Notes: generated by a model from the letters alone, not told the origin. A DNA stretch of 62,407 nucleotides, filler included, from Basidiobolus ranarum (GCA_040143965.1; 26 parts of 26 records of this genome joined end to end with filler, not necessarily neighbours in it), one strand, 5' to 3'; positions 25,446 to 38,677 are shown, numbered from the whole stretch's first letter. Made by a program: numbers and translations.

Positions 25446-26529
25446 TAGTTTATTAAGTCCCAAGGACTTCTAATAAATGACGAAGAATATGTTGATGTGA
25501 CCTGACCGATTGAATATGGCTTGGCTTTATATTTTGTGATTTGTAAAAGGAACATTGTCAGCGTACTCTGTTTAAGTGTTATGCAAACATTTGTTGATAA
25601 TATAAACCTATATAGTGTGACTGGGTTTATTGGTAAATCCAGAAAAGCCATTTAAATACGCAATTACAGAGGACCAAACTTCGACATGTATATGAATTTG
25701 CAACTCGGTAACCTGCTACATTAGGTATCTAGATCATGTTTCTAGATCATTAACGACAATAGTAACAAGTTTATCTCTTCGAAAGATTGATTCAGACATC
25801 ATACCTGCTACACTGCTAATGGTACCGGTTACATGAGATGATATTTTATTAGTTTCTTAGATCTAGAACATGGAATTTAGACAGATAACTGATTGCTCTA
25901 TGCCAACAACAATTTGACTACGACCTCATATTTGTGGCAAAATGGAGGCTACAATATATTGAGAGAGTTAGATGAATAACTGGATTGAACAAACACATGG
26001 TACTCGGTTCACACCTTGGAATATCCTGTAATTAATAATTAATCACTCAAGTAAAAGTGTATAAAGTTTACTCGTATCTATTGTTTACCTTAATCACTTG
26101 CTAACTCTTTCTTAACATGTCTTAACTCTAGACTTAACAATGCCAGTCATGTCGGTTAATATGGTTACGTTAACACCTGAGCAAATATGGCGGGAAGCAA
26201 TATGCACAATGACCAAAAAATATGTGGAAGTGTCATCAAAGAATGCAGATATTGGAATGCGACGATCCAAATACACAATTGAGTTCGAAGGTAGATGACC
26301 AACAGGGTTTGATTTGAAGTGAGCAATCGGTGCGTGCGATCAGTCCAACCGTAATTAACCCAGAATGTGGCTTTGTTAATGACGCTAATCTGGAACTTAT
26401 TTGTACATCGGTGCAAGTAATTAATGCGCNNNNNNNNNNNNNNNNNNNNNNNNNNNNNNNNNNNNNNNNNNNNTTAATTAATTAANNNNNNNNNNNNNNN
26501 NNNNNNNNNNNNNNNNNNNNNNNNNNNNN

Positions 26530-28832
26530 GGATCAATCCAAGATCGACTTAGTTTACGAAAACTATTTGAAAGTCGAGTTGTCTCTAATGGCTTCCACTT
26601 TTTCGTTTCCACGTTCGATCCTCGCAAGAGGGGATATACACATGGCTGTAATCCCATGGCTCCAACTATCATTTGGTTAGCAAGACGAGAACTAAGCTGC
26701 TCTTCAGACTTGTCAGATTTACGCTTGGATTGTTTTGCGATCGAAGGAGTTGTTTTGTCGGCATCGGCATATTTCAAATTCTTGATTTTTCCATTGGCGT
26801 GGCCCATGGACATGTAAACAACAAGATATGGAAAGGAGAAACAGTCGGACAAACCACTTTTCTCAGGGGTTGATATACTGCTAGCATGTTTATACTTCGG
26901 GTCTGCACTACTATACAAGCGACTTTGAATAGCTATAAATGAAAATCGTGACTTCCCTCTGCTCTCTCTTTCTCCAACTGTGACTTCCATTTTCTTTGCA
27001 GCTGATCGGGTTTTTCGAGAAACAGATGAGACGGATTCAGGCGCGTCGTCATTTAGCAACACTGGTATCAGAAAATCAAAGACAGCCGCACCGCGAGGGA
27101 GAACAATGGCTGCGCATCGTGAAAAATGCTTTTCTAAATCATCCTCAGTAACGGAATATGTTGGCGAATTAAGGTGGTTGAAGAATACAATCGAATTCAT
27201 GAACTGGGCTTTCTTTCCCAAGCTGATTTGGCCCTTGAGGGCTTCTTCCAGGAGCTTTTGATCAAGGAACGAATAAAGGAAGTCGCTTACTAGCATTGGA
27301 CGCGTAACAGACATTGGAGAACGTTCAGGAGATGCCAATTTACATGCACGATCCCAAGAATAGATAAGAAGTAGCTTGGTGGTGAGCTCGCCTTTTGTAC
27401 CTGCCCCACTAATTCCTTCTCGGACAATGACTGTAATGTGATCCACAATCTCAGCAAGATCATCTGCAGCTAGGTTGCAAGTAATAACAGCAGACCCAGC
27501 AGCTAAGGCTGGCTCCGATGGGTAAGCCATAAACAATAGTCGCAGATCACTAGGGACATGGAGAAGCGTGCCCATAAAATCACCAACCATGTCACCAGCC
27601 ATTTCAGCTTGCGGTGTGACACGCATGTTTATCCGGGGTTGAACTATGGCTACTGCTTGCATTTTTGTCACATCTCCAATTGTTAGCTTGAACCATTCTG
27701 TTCCTCTGCAGACCTTGGTTGCCGCCAGATGCAATAGATCTGAGACAGCTTGGAATAAATTTGCTGGGTTTCCATCATTGCTAAGAATTGCGGTCAAAGT
27801 TGAACTCCACAGTGCTCTGCCATACCGAAATGTTTGAATCTCAATGTTCGAAAGAGTTTCGGACTTTTGCGTCCGCATATAAGATCGAATCCGTTTGATT
27901 AACCTTTCAACATCTTCATCGCTCTTTTGGGCCAGTGTGTCAAATGTGTCCAGTAGATAAAATGGAGGAAACAAATTGTTGGATTTTATGAAACGCGCAG
28001 ATGGATCATAAAGAATGTGAGACTGGAAATTAGAGAGTTTTGCTGCCGTATCCAGCATGACAGAAAAATAGCCAGCCTGTTTGCCAACGAAGTCCGGGAT
28101 GATTGACTGAGCGATGCGCAAGTAGTGAAAAAGCGTACTCTCTGCCGTGGGTGTATTCTCCTTCACGAGCAATGCTCGCGCCTCATCCATCACACAAATC
28201 AGCGATGCATTGCCGAACTCCAAGCCTGATTCTGAAAGGGCTACTCGCATTTTTCTCATAGCACTAGTTATCAGCTGATTGAAATCTGAGCGCATCTGAT
28301 CATAGGTACTGTAAAGACAGTCGGCTGAGATTTTTTTCATTTCCCCCTCTATTTCTCCCCAAAACTTTACTCCACAAATGTTCGCATTCCCTTCATGCCC
28401 AGTGTCTTCAATTTGAAGATCGAACCATCGTCCATAGATTGTAGAGCCCTCTGGACATTCAACTTGGCTTTCTGGGTCCCCTGGTACTATATCCATCGCT
28501 GTTCCATTGTTGCAGTGTTCTTTAACATATGCTGTGAGTTTTCGCATACAGGCTACAATGAAAGCAACAAAGCGGCGAACAAAGTAAAAATTTGGAGTGC
28601 CACTGCCGATGGTATAACCGTTAGCTAGTAGTGTGGATGCGATTGCAGAGCGGAATGGGAAGCCACTGCTTCCAACGGGCCGGAGACAGCAATAGATAAC
28701 GAATGTTCGTTGAGCTATCTGCTTGATGGCTCGCGATTTTCCGTATCCACTTGATTGTATAATCGAAGTATACGGAGACATATAAGAATGTTTGCTCCAC
28801 TTACCCGCTGCTGCATTCAAAGAGTTAAGCAG
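26530..28832 (-). CDS. Crinkler/RHS-type (CR) P-loop NTPase with probable C-terminal restriction-endonuclease-fold domain, partial at both ends
   Basis: Walker A IIQSSGYGKSR, Walker B ICVMDEA, then VMLDT, YGRALW, YPSEPAL, GTKGEL, FFNH and DFLIPV...FIAIQSR. The frame is open across the whole contig. Confidence 0.75.
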
Positions 28833-28932
28833 NNNNNNNNNNNNNNNNNNNNNNNNNNNNNNNNNNNNNNNNNNNNTTAATTAATTAANNNNNNNNNNNN
28901 NNNNNNNNNNNNNNNNNNNNNNNNNNNNNNNN

Positions 28933-30176
28933 TGGATATGGCTGTGGTACTCAGTCATGACAATGCTTTGCAATATCCACAAGCTGCCATTCTTTTTGAT
29001 ATCACCAAAGCCTTTGACTCAGTTGACAGAGATCTGCTGTGGAGAAAGCTTTGGTCTTTAACTTCCAAGTCCTTCACTATGCTAGTGAGAGCCCTGTTTA
29101 TAGACAGTAAAGCCAGAATCCTCCATCATGAATTCACTTCCTGCCTATACCCAGTGCCCAATGGTGTGGTGCAAGGTTCAGTGCTAGGTCCTCTGCTTTT
29201 TGTGATATTTCTCAATGATTTTCCTCAGCTCTCCCCTGGATCCCTGCTTACTTTGTTTGCTGATAATATCAGAGTTTCTACTTCTCAGCCTCAGCTGGAT
29301 ACTGCCACTATTCAGAGATACCTTTCAGAAAATAACTTGGAGCTTGCCATTGCCAAAACAATTCCAATTGGTTGCACCATTTCTTTGTATGATACTCATC
29401 TTCTTCATATGAGCCATGCATCATATCTAGGCTTTCCATTTACTCAAACTGGCATTGATGTGAAGAAACACTTGTCAGTTAGAATTGCCTTGGCTAAACA
29501 GGCTGTCCACAAGTTGCTTGCTGTTACACCACCCAATACATCTTATCATGGCTATCAAAGACCTCTCAAGCAGTTTGTGATACCAGTTCTGGAATATGGA
29601 GTACATGTGCTCCCACTCAACCAAAGAGACTACTCTAAGCTTGATAGATTCATCAGCTACTGCCTCAAGATGCTGATGCCTGACTTACCTAAGACTCCCT
29701 ATGATCATGCTCTGAATGGAACTTTTGGATTCTTCCCATACCATATTAGAGTAGTTTTACTAAAGGCAAAATTTCTACTCCAACTAAATGACTGCAGAAA
29801 TCCACTGATTAAGAAGTGGCTAGCCACACCATCTTCAAATGCACTACCATGCTGGAAATTGATACAAGATGATCCTCTTGTTTCTGAGTCAGCTTTACAG
29901 CTGCATGAAGCAAAACAGCCTAAAATTGTTGCTATAGACTTCCAGCTAGACCTTTGGGAGCAATACCTTGCCTCTAAGACACCTTTCCTGATTCCCATTA
30001 TTCCAGGCTTTTGTTCTATTGTCCATCTAGTTTGTACTGAGTACCTTCCTCTCTGCTTACCACCTCTGCCCCTTAACACTATATTTACATCCTCTAAACT
30101 TGATTACATTGGTCATCAAGGTAAGTGTGGATATGATCCAGTATTGTCACAATATCTTAAAATATTAATGTCTTGA
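28933..30176 (+). mobile_element. Non-LTR (LINE) retrotransposon reverse transcriptase, 3' part
   Basis: DITKAFDSV, GVVQGSVLGPLLF, LFADNI (second catalytic Asp changed to Asn), YLG and PVLEYG motifs. Confidence 0.92.
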
Positions 30177-31334
30177 TTGTAACTTTGTTTAGATTAGTAT
30201 TTAAGCTAAATAAAGTCCACACCACCTGGTGCTTTTCATCCCCCTAAACTTTTCAACTTATCATCACTTCTACAATGAGACTGCCACTACTCTGCCGACT
30301 AATTCTTCTCAGATACTCTTCAAGAACTTGTGTACTACCACCGCTGATAAACAATAAATAAATCTCTGGGTAATGAAATAAAGCCAAGTTACAAAGCATC
30401 ATGTTAAACTTACTCAACAATCTCCTAACCCTGACTAAGGTATCGGAAATTATTTGAAATAAATTCAGCACTTCAGAGTTTACTGCGCTATCTATTCGAT
30501 CCAGAAACTTGTACAAATGTTTTCATTGCCCTCCACATTACACCCCGTTATAGATCTACAATGTACCCCTTTATAGAATGATAGAAAAATCAGGCCAATA
30601 TGTACGACTATATTTACATTACGGATAATAAACCACATAAAAGTCCGAACTGCATGATCATGAAGTGTTACTTAATATGTCAATCATATTGTATTCTTAA
30701 TCATAATATATTACTTAATCGGGCAATCATATTCCAAGCACATTTCATCAAAAGCTTGTTGACCAGCGGAAGAAGATTAGGCATAATATTTACTAACCCT
30801 AGTTCCAGACCGTCATAAGGAAAATCCACGGAAAAGAAAAGCTGCTATGGAATGATATATCAAGTTTATCAGAACAAATCATTTGATATCTATTTCTCTT
30901 TTGGCCCCTATTGCACCCTTTTGCCCCCTTTTGTCAAATCTACGATATTTGTATTGTAAACCCTGTGGATGCTTCTATTCACCGAAGAGCATGGCTTACT
31001 AGATTAAGTCGGTACCAGCTGAAGGTTCGGTTCACAAACATGCTTTCCATGGGTAAGCGAGTAGGAGGGAGGTAGGGTGCTAAAATATTACATCAGCAAT
31101 CAGCTGCTGGCATTGCTAAATTAAGTTAAGCGATAGAATATTCCATTTTCAGGAATAACTCCGCATGCTCCTTGGAGTCATTAACATTGTGTTGCTACTT
31201 CAGTTGCATCGTTAGGAGACTGCTGAATTACTCTNNNNNNNNNNNNNNNNNNNNNNNNNNNNNNNNNNNNNNNNNNNNTTAATTAATTAANNNNNNNNNN
31301 NNNNNNNNNNNNNNNNNNNNNNNNNNNNNNNNNN

Positions 31335-31811
31335 GTTGGTGCTAATCAAAACTTTGGATGTTTTGCAATTTTTCCACCATTAGTTTGGTGGTAAAGCATA
31401 TTGATGTTGTTGATTTATATCTAATTAGTCAAATATGTGCATATGTAGAGACTAAACACAACAAGATTCTTGTATTTTTTGATTCTCATTATGGCTGGAA
31501 TACAAAGCGTAAAATATCTAAATAAAGGCATGCATATTAATTTGAATTCCTACAGCAGTAAACCCAGTAATTTGCCATTTGAAAATCATATTTTTGCAAA
31601 AATTCCTGGATTTTGAATAATGCATGCCAAATTTGAGGATAAATATTTTAACATGTAGGAATACCATTAAGATACCATCAAGAAACCACCTTCACACCAT
31701 CAAAATCCCTGGCAAAATGCAAGCCAATGATATTGTCATGGTTCTCTGATGGTTTTGCTATTTTGGAGGGTGGGTCCAATCTGGATCAAATCAATTTTAT
31801 GTTTGTTAAGG
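31335..31811 (+). mobile_element. CACTA-like element end B
   Basis: Homologous to 48132-48620. Ends TTTGTTAAGG. Confidence 0.85.
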
Positions 31812-33046
31812 TAGCCAAAAGGAGCCAAGTGCTAATTTAGCCTTTTCTGATGAACCCAAATTGTTACAGGAGGTTGTGGAGAGTCCAACACAAAGTTTTG
31901 GAGTGCTGCAATGGCTGAGGAGTATCAGTCACTCATAGATAACCAAACATGGAGTTTGGTTAAGTTACCTGATGTCCAAAAATAAATTGGGTGCTAATGG
32001 GTGGTCAAAGTTAAACAGCAAGCTGATGAATCTGCAGAAAGATATAAAGCCTGACTTGAAGCTAAAGAATACTCTCAAATGGAAGGAGTGGACTACAATG
32101 AAACATTTGCTCCTGCAGGAAAGTTTAATTCCATCAGAACTGTACTAGCAGTAGCAGCAAATCATAGCTTACAAATCCATCAAATAGATTTTAAAACTGC
32201 TTTTTGTATGGGAACTTGTAGGAGGATATATTCACCAATCAACTGGATGATTTTGGGATCCTGAGCACCTTGAGGATGTGTGTAAGCTACAAAAATCACT
32301 TTATGGACTGAAACACTCACCCAGGGCTTGGTACACTAAGACAGACCCATACTTGTAATCACTTGATTTCTAAAAGAGTACAGCATATTTTGGGCCCTAC
32401 TTTAAGACCAATAAGGACAGTCAGGTGCTACTTGCCTTATATGTGAATGATCTGATTATAGCTATCATTAATGATGAAGCTTGCAGGAACATCAAAGAGA
32501 TTGATCAGTGCAATTTAAGATGACCAATTTAGGTGAACTTGGTATTTTTTGGGCCAGCATATCCATATAGATATATTGAGCAAATCTATTACTCTGAATA
32601 AGTCTAAATACACCTCAGTCATTCTCAGACACTTCAGGATGAAGAATTGTAAGCCAGTAGCAACTCCCATGGATCCAGGTGTGAAACTAGTATAAAATCC
32701 CATCAAAAAATGTTGAAAATTACCAAATATTGCTCAAAATATGAAATTTGAAAGCACTGAGTTCCCTGAACAATCTACATTAGGTTGTTGATCTATGCTA
32801 TGACTGGAACCCAGCCAGATATCTTTTATGCAATTGGAGTAGCTAGCCAACATGTGCATAACTTAGGATCTGAGCATTAAGCAGCAGTTAAGAAAATTTT
32901 CAGCTATTTCAGGGGGACAATTGATCTGGGAATGAGATATACATATTTATATGAGAAAAACAATCTAATTGGGTTTAGTAATGCTGATTGTAGCCATGAT
33001 AATGAGGATAAATGATCTATCACTGGATATACCTGTCTGTATAGTT
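31812..33046 (+). mobile_element. Degenerate Ty1/copia RT (family B)
   Basis: GVDYNETFAP...IRTVLAVAA...QIDFKTAF. Colinear with 51045-52285. Confidence 0.92.
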
Positions 33047-33556
33047 GTCAACAAACATAAAATCAATTTGATACAGATTAGATCCACCCTTCTAAATTGC
33101 AAACCTATCAGAGAATTGGCACAATATCAGTGGCTTGCATTCTGCAGGGATCTTGAAGGTGTATAGTGGTTTCTTGACGGTATTTTGATGGTATTCTTAC
33201 ATGTTGAAATATTGATCCTTATATTTGGCATGTATTTTTAACTTCAGGCAGTTTTTACAAAAATATAATTTTTGAATGGCCAATTACTGGGTGTACTGCT
33301 GTAGGAATTTGAATTAATATGCAGGCCTTTATTTAAGTATTTTTTGCCTTGTATTCCATGCATAGTGAGAATCAAAAAATACAAAAATCTTGTTGTGTTA
33401 AGTCTCTACTATGCACATACTTGACCAATTGGACATAACTCAACAACATCAGTATGCCCTACCAGCAAACATACAATGAAAAAATTGCTAAGCATCCAAA
33501 TTTTGAATAGCACCAACACTTGGCAAATAGCTGACTCTTGTTACCATTTCCAATGG
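33047..33556 (-). mobile_element. CACTA-like element end B, inverted
   Basis: Reverse complement of the 31335-31811 type sequence. Confidence 0.82.
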
Positions 33557-33735
33557 TGGTATTCCTGAGTCATTTTACGTTGTTTTCCCGGTAGAGTTGC
33601 GCTTCTTTTTACGTTCATCATTTTGAATTGATAAGNNNNNNNNNNNNNNNNNNNNNNNNNNNNNNNNNNNNNNNNNNNNTTAATTAATTAANNNNNNNNN
33701 NNNNNNNNNNNNNNNNNNNNNNNNNNNNNNNNNNN

Positions 33736-34107
33736 AAAGAGAGGCAGGGACTTAGGAACAATGGCTGTACTTGCTCTAGGGGTGCTGATAGGATTAATGG
33801 CAGCAGATGTGAGAGTGGTTCTTGATGCAGGCAGGGTGAAGGTTGGAGGATTCTCCATGTTGAGAATTGTTTTGGCAAGATCTTGGAGACTCTCCTTAAG
33901 AATGGTGATTTCTTCCTTTTCAGAAGCAATGACTTCCTGTAGGTCTTGTCTTTGCTCTTCATCAGCTCTTGATTGAAGAAGGGAAGTGTACTCCATAATG
34001 GATGGCTTAGCTCATAACAAACATGCCTGCTAAGCATGGGTGAAAAGTGAGGTTATTTGGGGAAGATTTGAGGAAATAGTGAAAATTGGTAAAAGTGATC
34101 TAATTGA
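33736..34107 (-). mobile_element. Copia family C LTR fragment (34004-34107) joined to a gag-like coiled-coil ORF start (33996-33736)
   Basis: 34004-34107 is the reverse complement of about 54450-54555. The ORF MEYTSLLQS...LPLF has a coiled coil followed by a Pro/Thr linker, like a gag N-terminus. Confidence 0.55.
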
Positions 34108-34243
34108 ATCTTGGCTGGATAGCCCACTGTCCTCCTCCCCCTGAAAGGGCAATGGGTATATGGGTGGAACCAATCATGCAAAGCTGGGAGCATAAAAGAG
34201 AACGAGGAAGGGAATAAAGAAATAGGAGTGTAGCTGTACGGGG

Positions 34244-35113
34244 ATGTATTTAACAATTATTATATTACCCTTAGTTAGTGCAGTAGTCAGTGGATTATTA
34301 GGTAGAAAATTAGGTGCCACTGGAAGTAAAATATTAAGTAGCGCACTAATCGGAACGACAGCAATATTAGGGTTAATAGCTTTTTCAGAAGTAGCCTTAA
34401 GTAGTTCAGCATTATCAATCCATTTAACAAATTGGATAGATAGTGAAAGAATATTAATATCATGGGGATTTAATTTTGATAGTTTAACAGTATCAATGTT
34501 ATTACCTGTATTAATAGTATCAACTGCAGTTCATATTTATTCATCAGGGTATATGGAACATGATCCACATGTACAAAGATTTTTTAGTTATCTATCATTA
34601 TTCACATTTTTTATGTTAATTTTAGTAACAGGTGATAATTTATTATTAATCTTTATAGGGTGGGAAGGAGTGGGTATATGTTCTTATTTATTAATTAATT
34701 TTTGGTTTAGAAGAGTACAAGCAAATAAAGCAGCAATTAAAGCATTAGTAATGAATAGAATAGGTGATTGGGGAATGAGTGTAGCAATGTTTGCTTTAAT
34801 AGCAATGACAGGAGATCTGGATTTAACAACAGTATTCTCATTAGCTCCACTAATGGAAGATAATAAATTAAGCTTAATCGCTATATTATTACTAATAGCT
34901 GCAATGGCTAAATCAGCTCAATTAGTTCTTCATACTTGGTTACCCGATGCGATGGAGGGACCAACACCAGTATCAGCATTAATACATGCAGCTGCAACAG
35001 TGACTGCAGGTGTATACTAATTATTAAGAGCATCACCTCTATTCTAATATAGTTCTACTCCTCTATTAGTAATAGCTTGAATGGGAGCATTAACTGATTT
35101 CTTTGGAGCTTCA
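34244..35113 (+). pseudogene. nad5: Nuclear copy (NUMT) of mitochondrial NADH dehydrogenase subunit 5, 5' part
   Basis: YMEHDPHVQRFFSYLSLFTFFM, GWEGVGICSYLLINFW and KSAQL.LHTWLPDAMEGPTPVSALIHAA motifs, with mitochondrial TTA/ATA-rich codons. In-frame stops at 35018 and 35045. Flanked by nuclear retroelement pieces. Confidence 0.93.
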
Positions 35114-35119
35114 GCATGA

Positions 35120-36036
35120 TTATATGAATGGGTTTATATCCTTTGATTTGATTCCAATGCAGTAACTTAATTCATCCATATCCGTCATCTCAAATTGGTT
35201 TGATAAGCTGCTTTTTGTCTGATAAAGTGTTTCTAGATCATTTGTGGCTGCAATCAGGTCATCAACATATAGTGCCAAGATAAGGATCCTATTTCTGGTA
35301 GTTGTGATATAAATACTGTGATCGGCTGTGCATTTTTGGAATTCAAGTGATTCCAAATAGGTATCTATCTTGTTGTACCATGCCCTAGGTGCTTGTTGGA
35401 GTCCATATAAATATCCTTGTCTAGGTTCTCATTGAATGTTTAACATGCATTTGATGTAAATCAAAGTTATGGATGGCTGAGAGTGCCAGGATTAATCTAA
35501 TGGAGCTAAACTTAGCTACTGGAGCAAAGGTTTCATCAAAATCAACTCCTGGAGTCTGGGGATAACCTGTTGTAACTAATCTTGCATTATACCTTTCAAT
35601 GGTTCCATCAGTTTGGTTTTTGACTTTGTAGACCCATTTGCAACCCATTGGCATTCTCCCTGATGGAAGAAAACTTAAAACCCGCATTTTCTTGTTCTGA
35701 AGTGAAGAAAACTCAAGAGGCATTGCTTTTCCCCATAGTTCTCATTCTGGACACTACAGTGTTTGATCCAGAGTCTGTGGATTGTCACACAATGCTGTAT
35801 AAGCATACACATCATCAGTCGAAGTGTTTCACCTGTTTCAGAGCTTATTTCGCCATCTGGATGATATTTTGGGTCCTGAATCACCCCCTGATGTAATTGG
35901 TACAGAAATTTTGGTTGAATAGGGCTCATATGCAGCTAAAGTTTTGTCAGACACTTCTCAAATAGTGCTAATTATGTTTTCTGGATCAAGAACCATCATT
36001 TGAGGTGAAAAATATGCTTTTTCATCAAAAATATCA
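35120..36036 (-). mobile_element. Degenerate Ty1/copia RT
   Basis: GCKWVYKVK...IERYNARLV..GYPQTPGVDFDETFAPVAK and ALYVDDL motifs. Confidence 0.93.
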
Positions 36037-36136
36037 NNNNNNNNNNNNNNNNNNNNNNNNNNNNNNNNNNNNNNNNNNNNTTAATTAATTAANNNNNNNN
36101 NNNNNNNNNNNNNNNNNNNNNNNNNNNNNNNNNNNN

Positions 36137-36830
36137 ATAAAGGCATGCATGTTAATTCAAATTCCTACAGCAGTAAACCCAGTAATTTGCCATTCAAAAA
36201 TTACCGGATATTGAATAATGCATGCCAAATATTTGGATCAATACTTTAACATGTATGAATACCATCAAACTACCACCAAGAAACCGCCGTCACATCATCA
36301 AAATCCCTGGCAGAATGCAAGCCACCAATATTGTGATGGTTCTCTGATGGTTTTGCTCCTTTGGAGGGTGGATCCAACCCAGATCAAATCAATTTTATTT
36401 GTGTTAGGGTTTGACCACAGTTGATTGGGAACTGTTGCTTGCCACAAACCTGGTACAAGTGGAAAACACTTGTCAATTGTTTAATTCTAATCCTTAACCC
36501 TAACAGAAATTTGAGGACTGTTACAGTACAAAAACCATCACAATATGTATCCACTTGGCATAGACTTTTTACTTGCTGTCATAAAATCATCAAGTTAGAA
36601 TTGACTTCAATCAATTTTTTCAGTTTCAGGAGTGAAATTTAAAGCTCTTGCAAAATAGTTGCATACAATTGGCTACAATCTCAGAGAACTATGGGTCACC
36701 ACATGTGCAAGAAACATAGCTCAAATTTTACACATTTACCACTTGAATGTTAATTTTCAGCTTTGAAATTCCTAGTTTCTTTGATATATAATGCTGAACA
36801 TTTTTATAGAGTTGATAGAATACAAGATTT
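36137..36830. mobile_element. CACTA-like end B (to 36409), short transposase piece, then end A (from 36498)
   Basis: TGTTAGGG ends at 36409. 36411-36480 matches the reverse complement of 6735-6800. CCCTAACAGAAATTTGAGG starts at 36498. Confidence 0.82.
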
Positions 36831-36983
36831 CTGCTGAGCCAACTCCTGAAACCTGACAAAATTGATAGCATGACTTTGGATTGTGCCCTTGAAATCCCCC
36901 AACTTAACTTTGCACTTGAGTAGCACCAGCTCATACAATGATTAGCCCTTTCACCATATCACCATCTGTGCTACTTCCATTGC

Positions 36984-38436
36984 CAGTGAAGTTTATTGTC
37001 TTAATCGTATTTGTTATCTCTATCTTTGTACACCTAACTATATGATATATCCCATATAAGTTAGTTAAGATTACTTAGTCAAGTATCACTTAACTGCAAA
37101 TCAGAACATATGTTAAATATATATGTATGAAAAATGTGAGAATTAGCAGTGCCCTATTGGATATTTCAAACTCATCCAAATTTCCTCAAATATAGCCTGT
37201 TTTACTCCCACAGATGTTCTGGATGCAACCCCAGTGTTAGTTTGCTGTATTTCCACCAAAATTTATAAATGCTTCATTTCTGGACATTAAATAATTAATC
37301 TTGCAAAGCTATTCACAACTCCACTTTTCAAAGGTTCCTCCAGCCAGCCCATAGTCTTCCAATAGGCTATGAGGCCTGTGTTCAAACCTTCACATCATGA
37401 GAGAAACACTACTACCACTTTCATTAACTCAAGTGTTGACAAATTTGATGGAGAAAATCACAATTTCTGGAAGTTCAAGATGCAAATCATGTGGGAAGAC
37501 AGGGAGATTTGGGATATAGTCTCTGGCAATGAAAAGTAACCTTCTGACCCTTTTTGAGATATGAGGCAAAACAACTGGAAAATATTAGTGCAACCTTACA
37601 AGAAGCAGATGTCATTATGCCTCTTCTAAGTAGTCCCCCAGAACATTATTCAGACTAGGTCACAGCTTTGGAAGAAAGATCTGACAAATCTACTTTGGAG
37701 TTTGTGGTGGCAAGACTAAAGGATCAACACCTCAGAAGTAAGAATTTAGAAAAAGTATCTAAGAAAGTGGCTCTTTTGGGGCTGGAAAACGTAGCTTTGT
37801 TTATGCTGTGGTTGTGACAAACCAGGACACCAGTTAAAAGATTGCAAATCAAGAAAAAGCAACAAATATGAGAAGTCAGAACAAGCAAATCATGTTTCAA
37901 CCAAAGTGGAAGTTTTGTTCATTTCTGCCCTATTAGTTACCACTGAACAAGCCTGCAGGATGTGGTATATTGATTTTGAAGCCTCTCAAAATTATTCTAA
38001 TCCAAAAAACTGGTTTAAGACACTCAAAACTGACATAAGCCAGAAGATTTATATTGGGGATGACTAGCCACTACAAGCTCTGGGAGTGAGAGCAATTGAA
38101 GTGGATCTTGGGGGCATCTCTGAGGACATATATTTGACACTGAAAAATGTGCTATATGTGCCTGGGAAAGCAAAACATTTGTTATCAGTGAGTACAGCCA
38201 CATCTGAGGGATATAGGTGTAATTTTGATCAAAATGTCTGTACAATCAGGGATCAGGTTCAGTGATGCAGATTGGGGATGTGGTATTGAGGAGAGAAGAT
38301 CTATCACTGGACTTACCTTTCTCTATAGTGAAGGCAGCCATATCTTGGAATAGCAAGAAACAACCCAACATAGCACTTTCAACAACTGAATCAGAGTTCA
38401 TGGCAGCATCACATACAACAAAGGAGTCTATGTGGT
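36984..38436 (+). mobile_element. Ty1/copia family B 5' LTR, PBS and degenerate gag-protease fused to RNase H (internally deleted)
   Basis: LTR 36984-37364, then GGCTATGAGGCC. DKFDGENHNFWKFKMQ gag start and WYID protease remnant. At about 38262 the sequence jumps to match 52218 onward. Confidence 0.85.
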
Positions 38437-38603
38437 NNNNNNNNNNNNNNNNNNNNNNNNNNNNNNNNNNNNNNNNNNNNTTAATTAATTAANNNNNNNN
38501 NNNNNNNNNNNNNNNNNNNNNNNNNNNNNNNNNNNNAGCTATTCTTCTGGTGTTGTTAACTGGTGGGCAGTAAGTTGCTTTCATACCTCCTCTTCCAAAG
38601 TTT

Positions 38604-38677
38604 GGCCTGATATTTCTGCCATTAAGATCAAGTATATGTTAAAAGTCTGGCCCCAGGTTCAAATCCTGGCCAGACCA
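38604..38677 (+). pseudogene. tRNA-derived fragment (T-arm / B-box)
   Basis: Perfect T stem-loop CCAGG-TTCAAAT-CCTGG followed by CCAGACCA. The D and anticodon arms are not recognisable. Confidence 0.35.

Noticed and set aside
34244-35020. Functional nuclear-relocated or mitochondrial nad5
   Set aside because: Truncated, with in-frame TAA stops, altered conserved residues and no targeting presequence.
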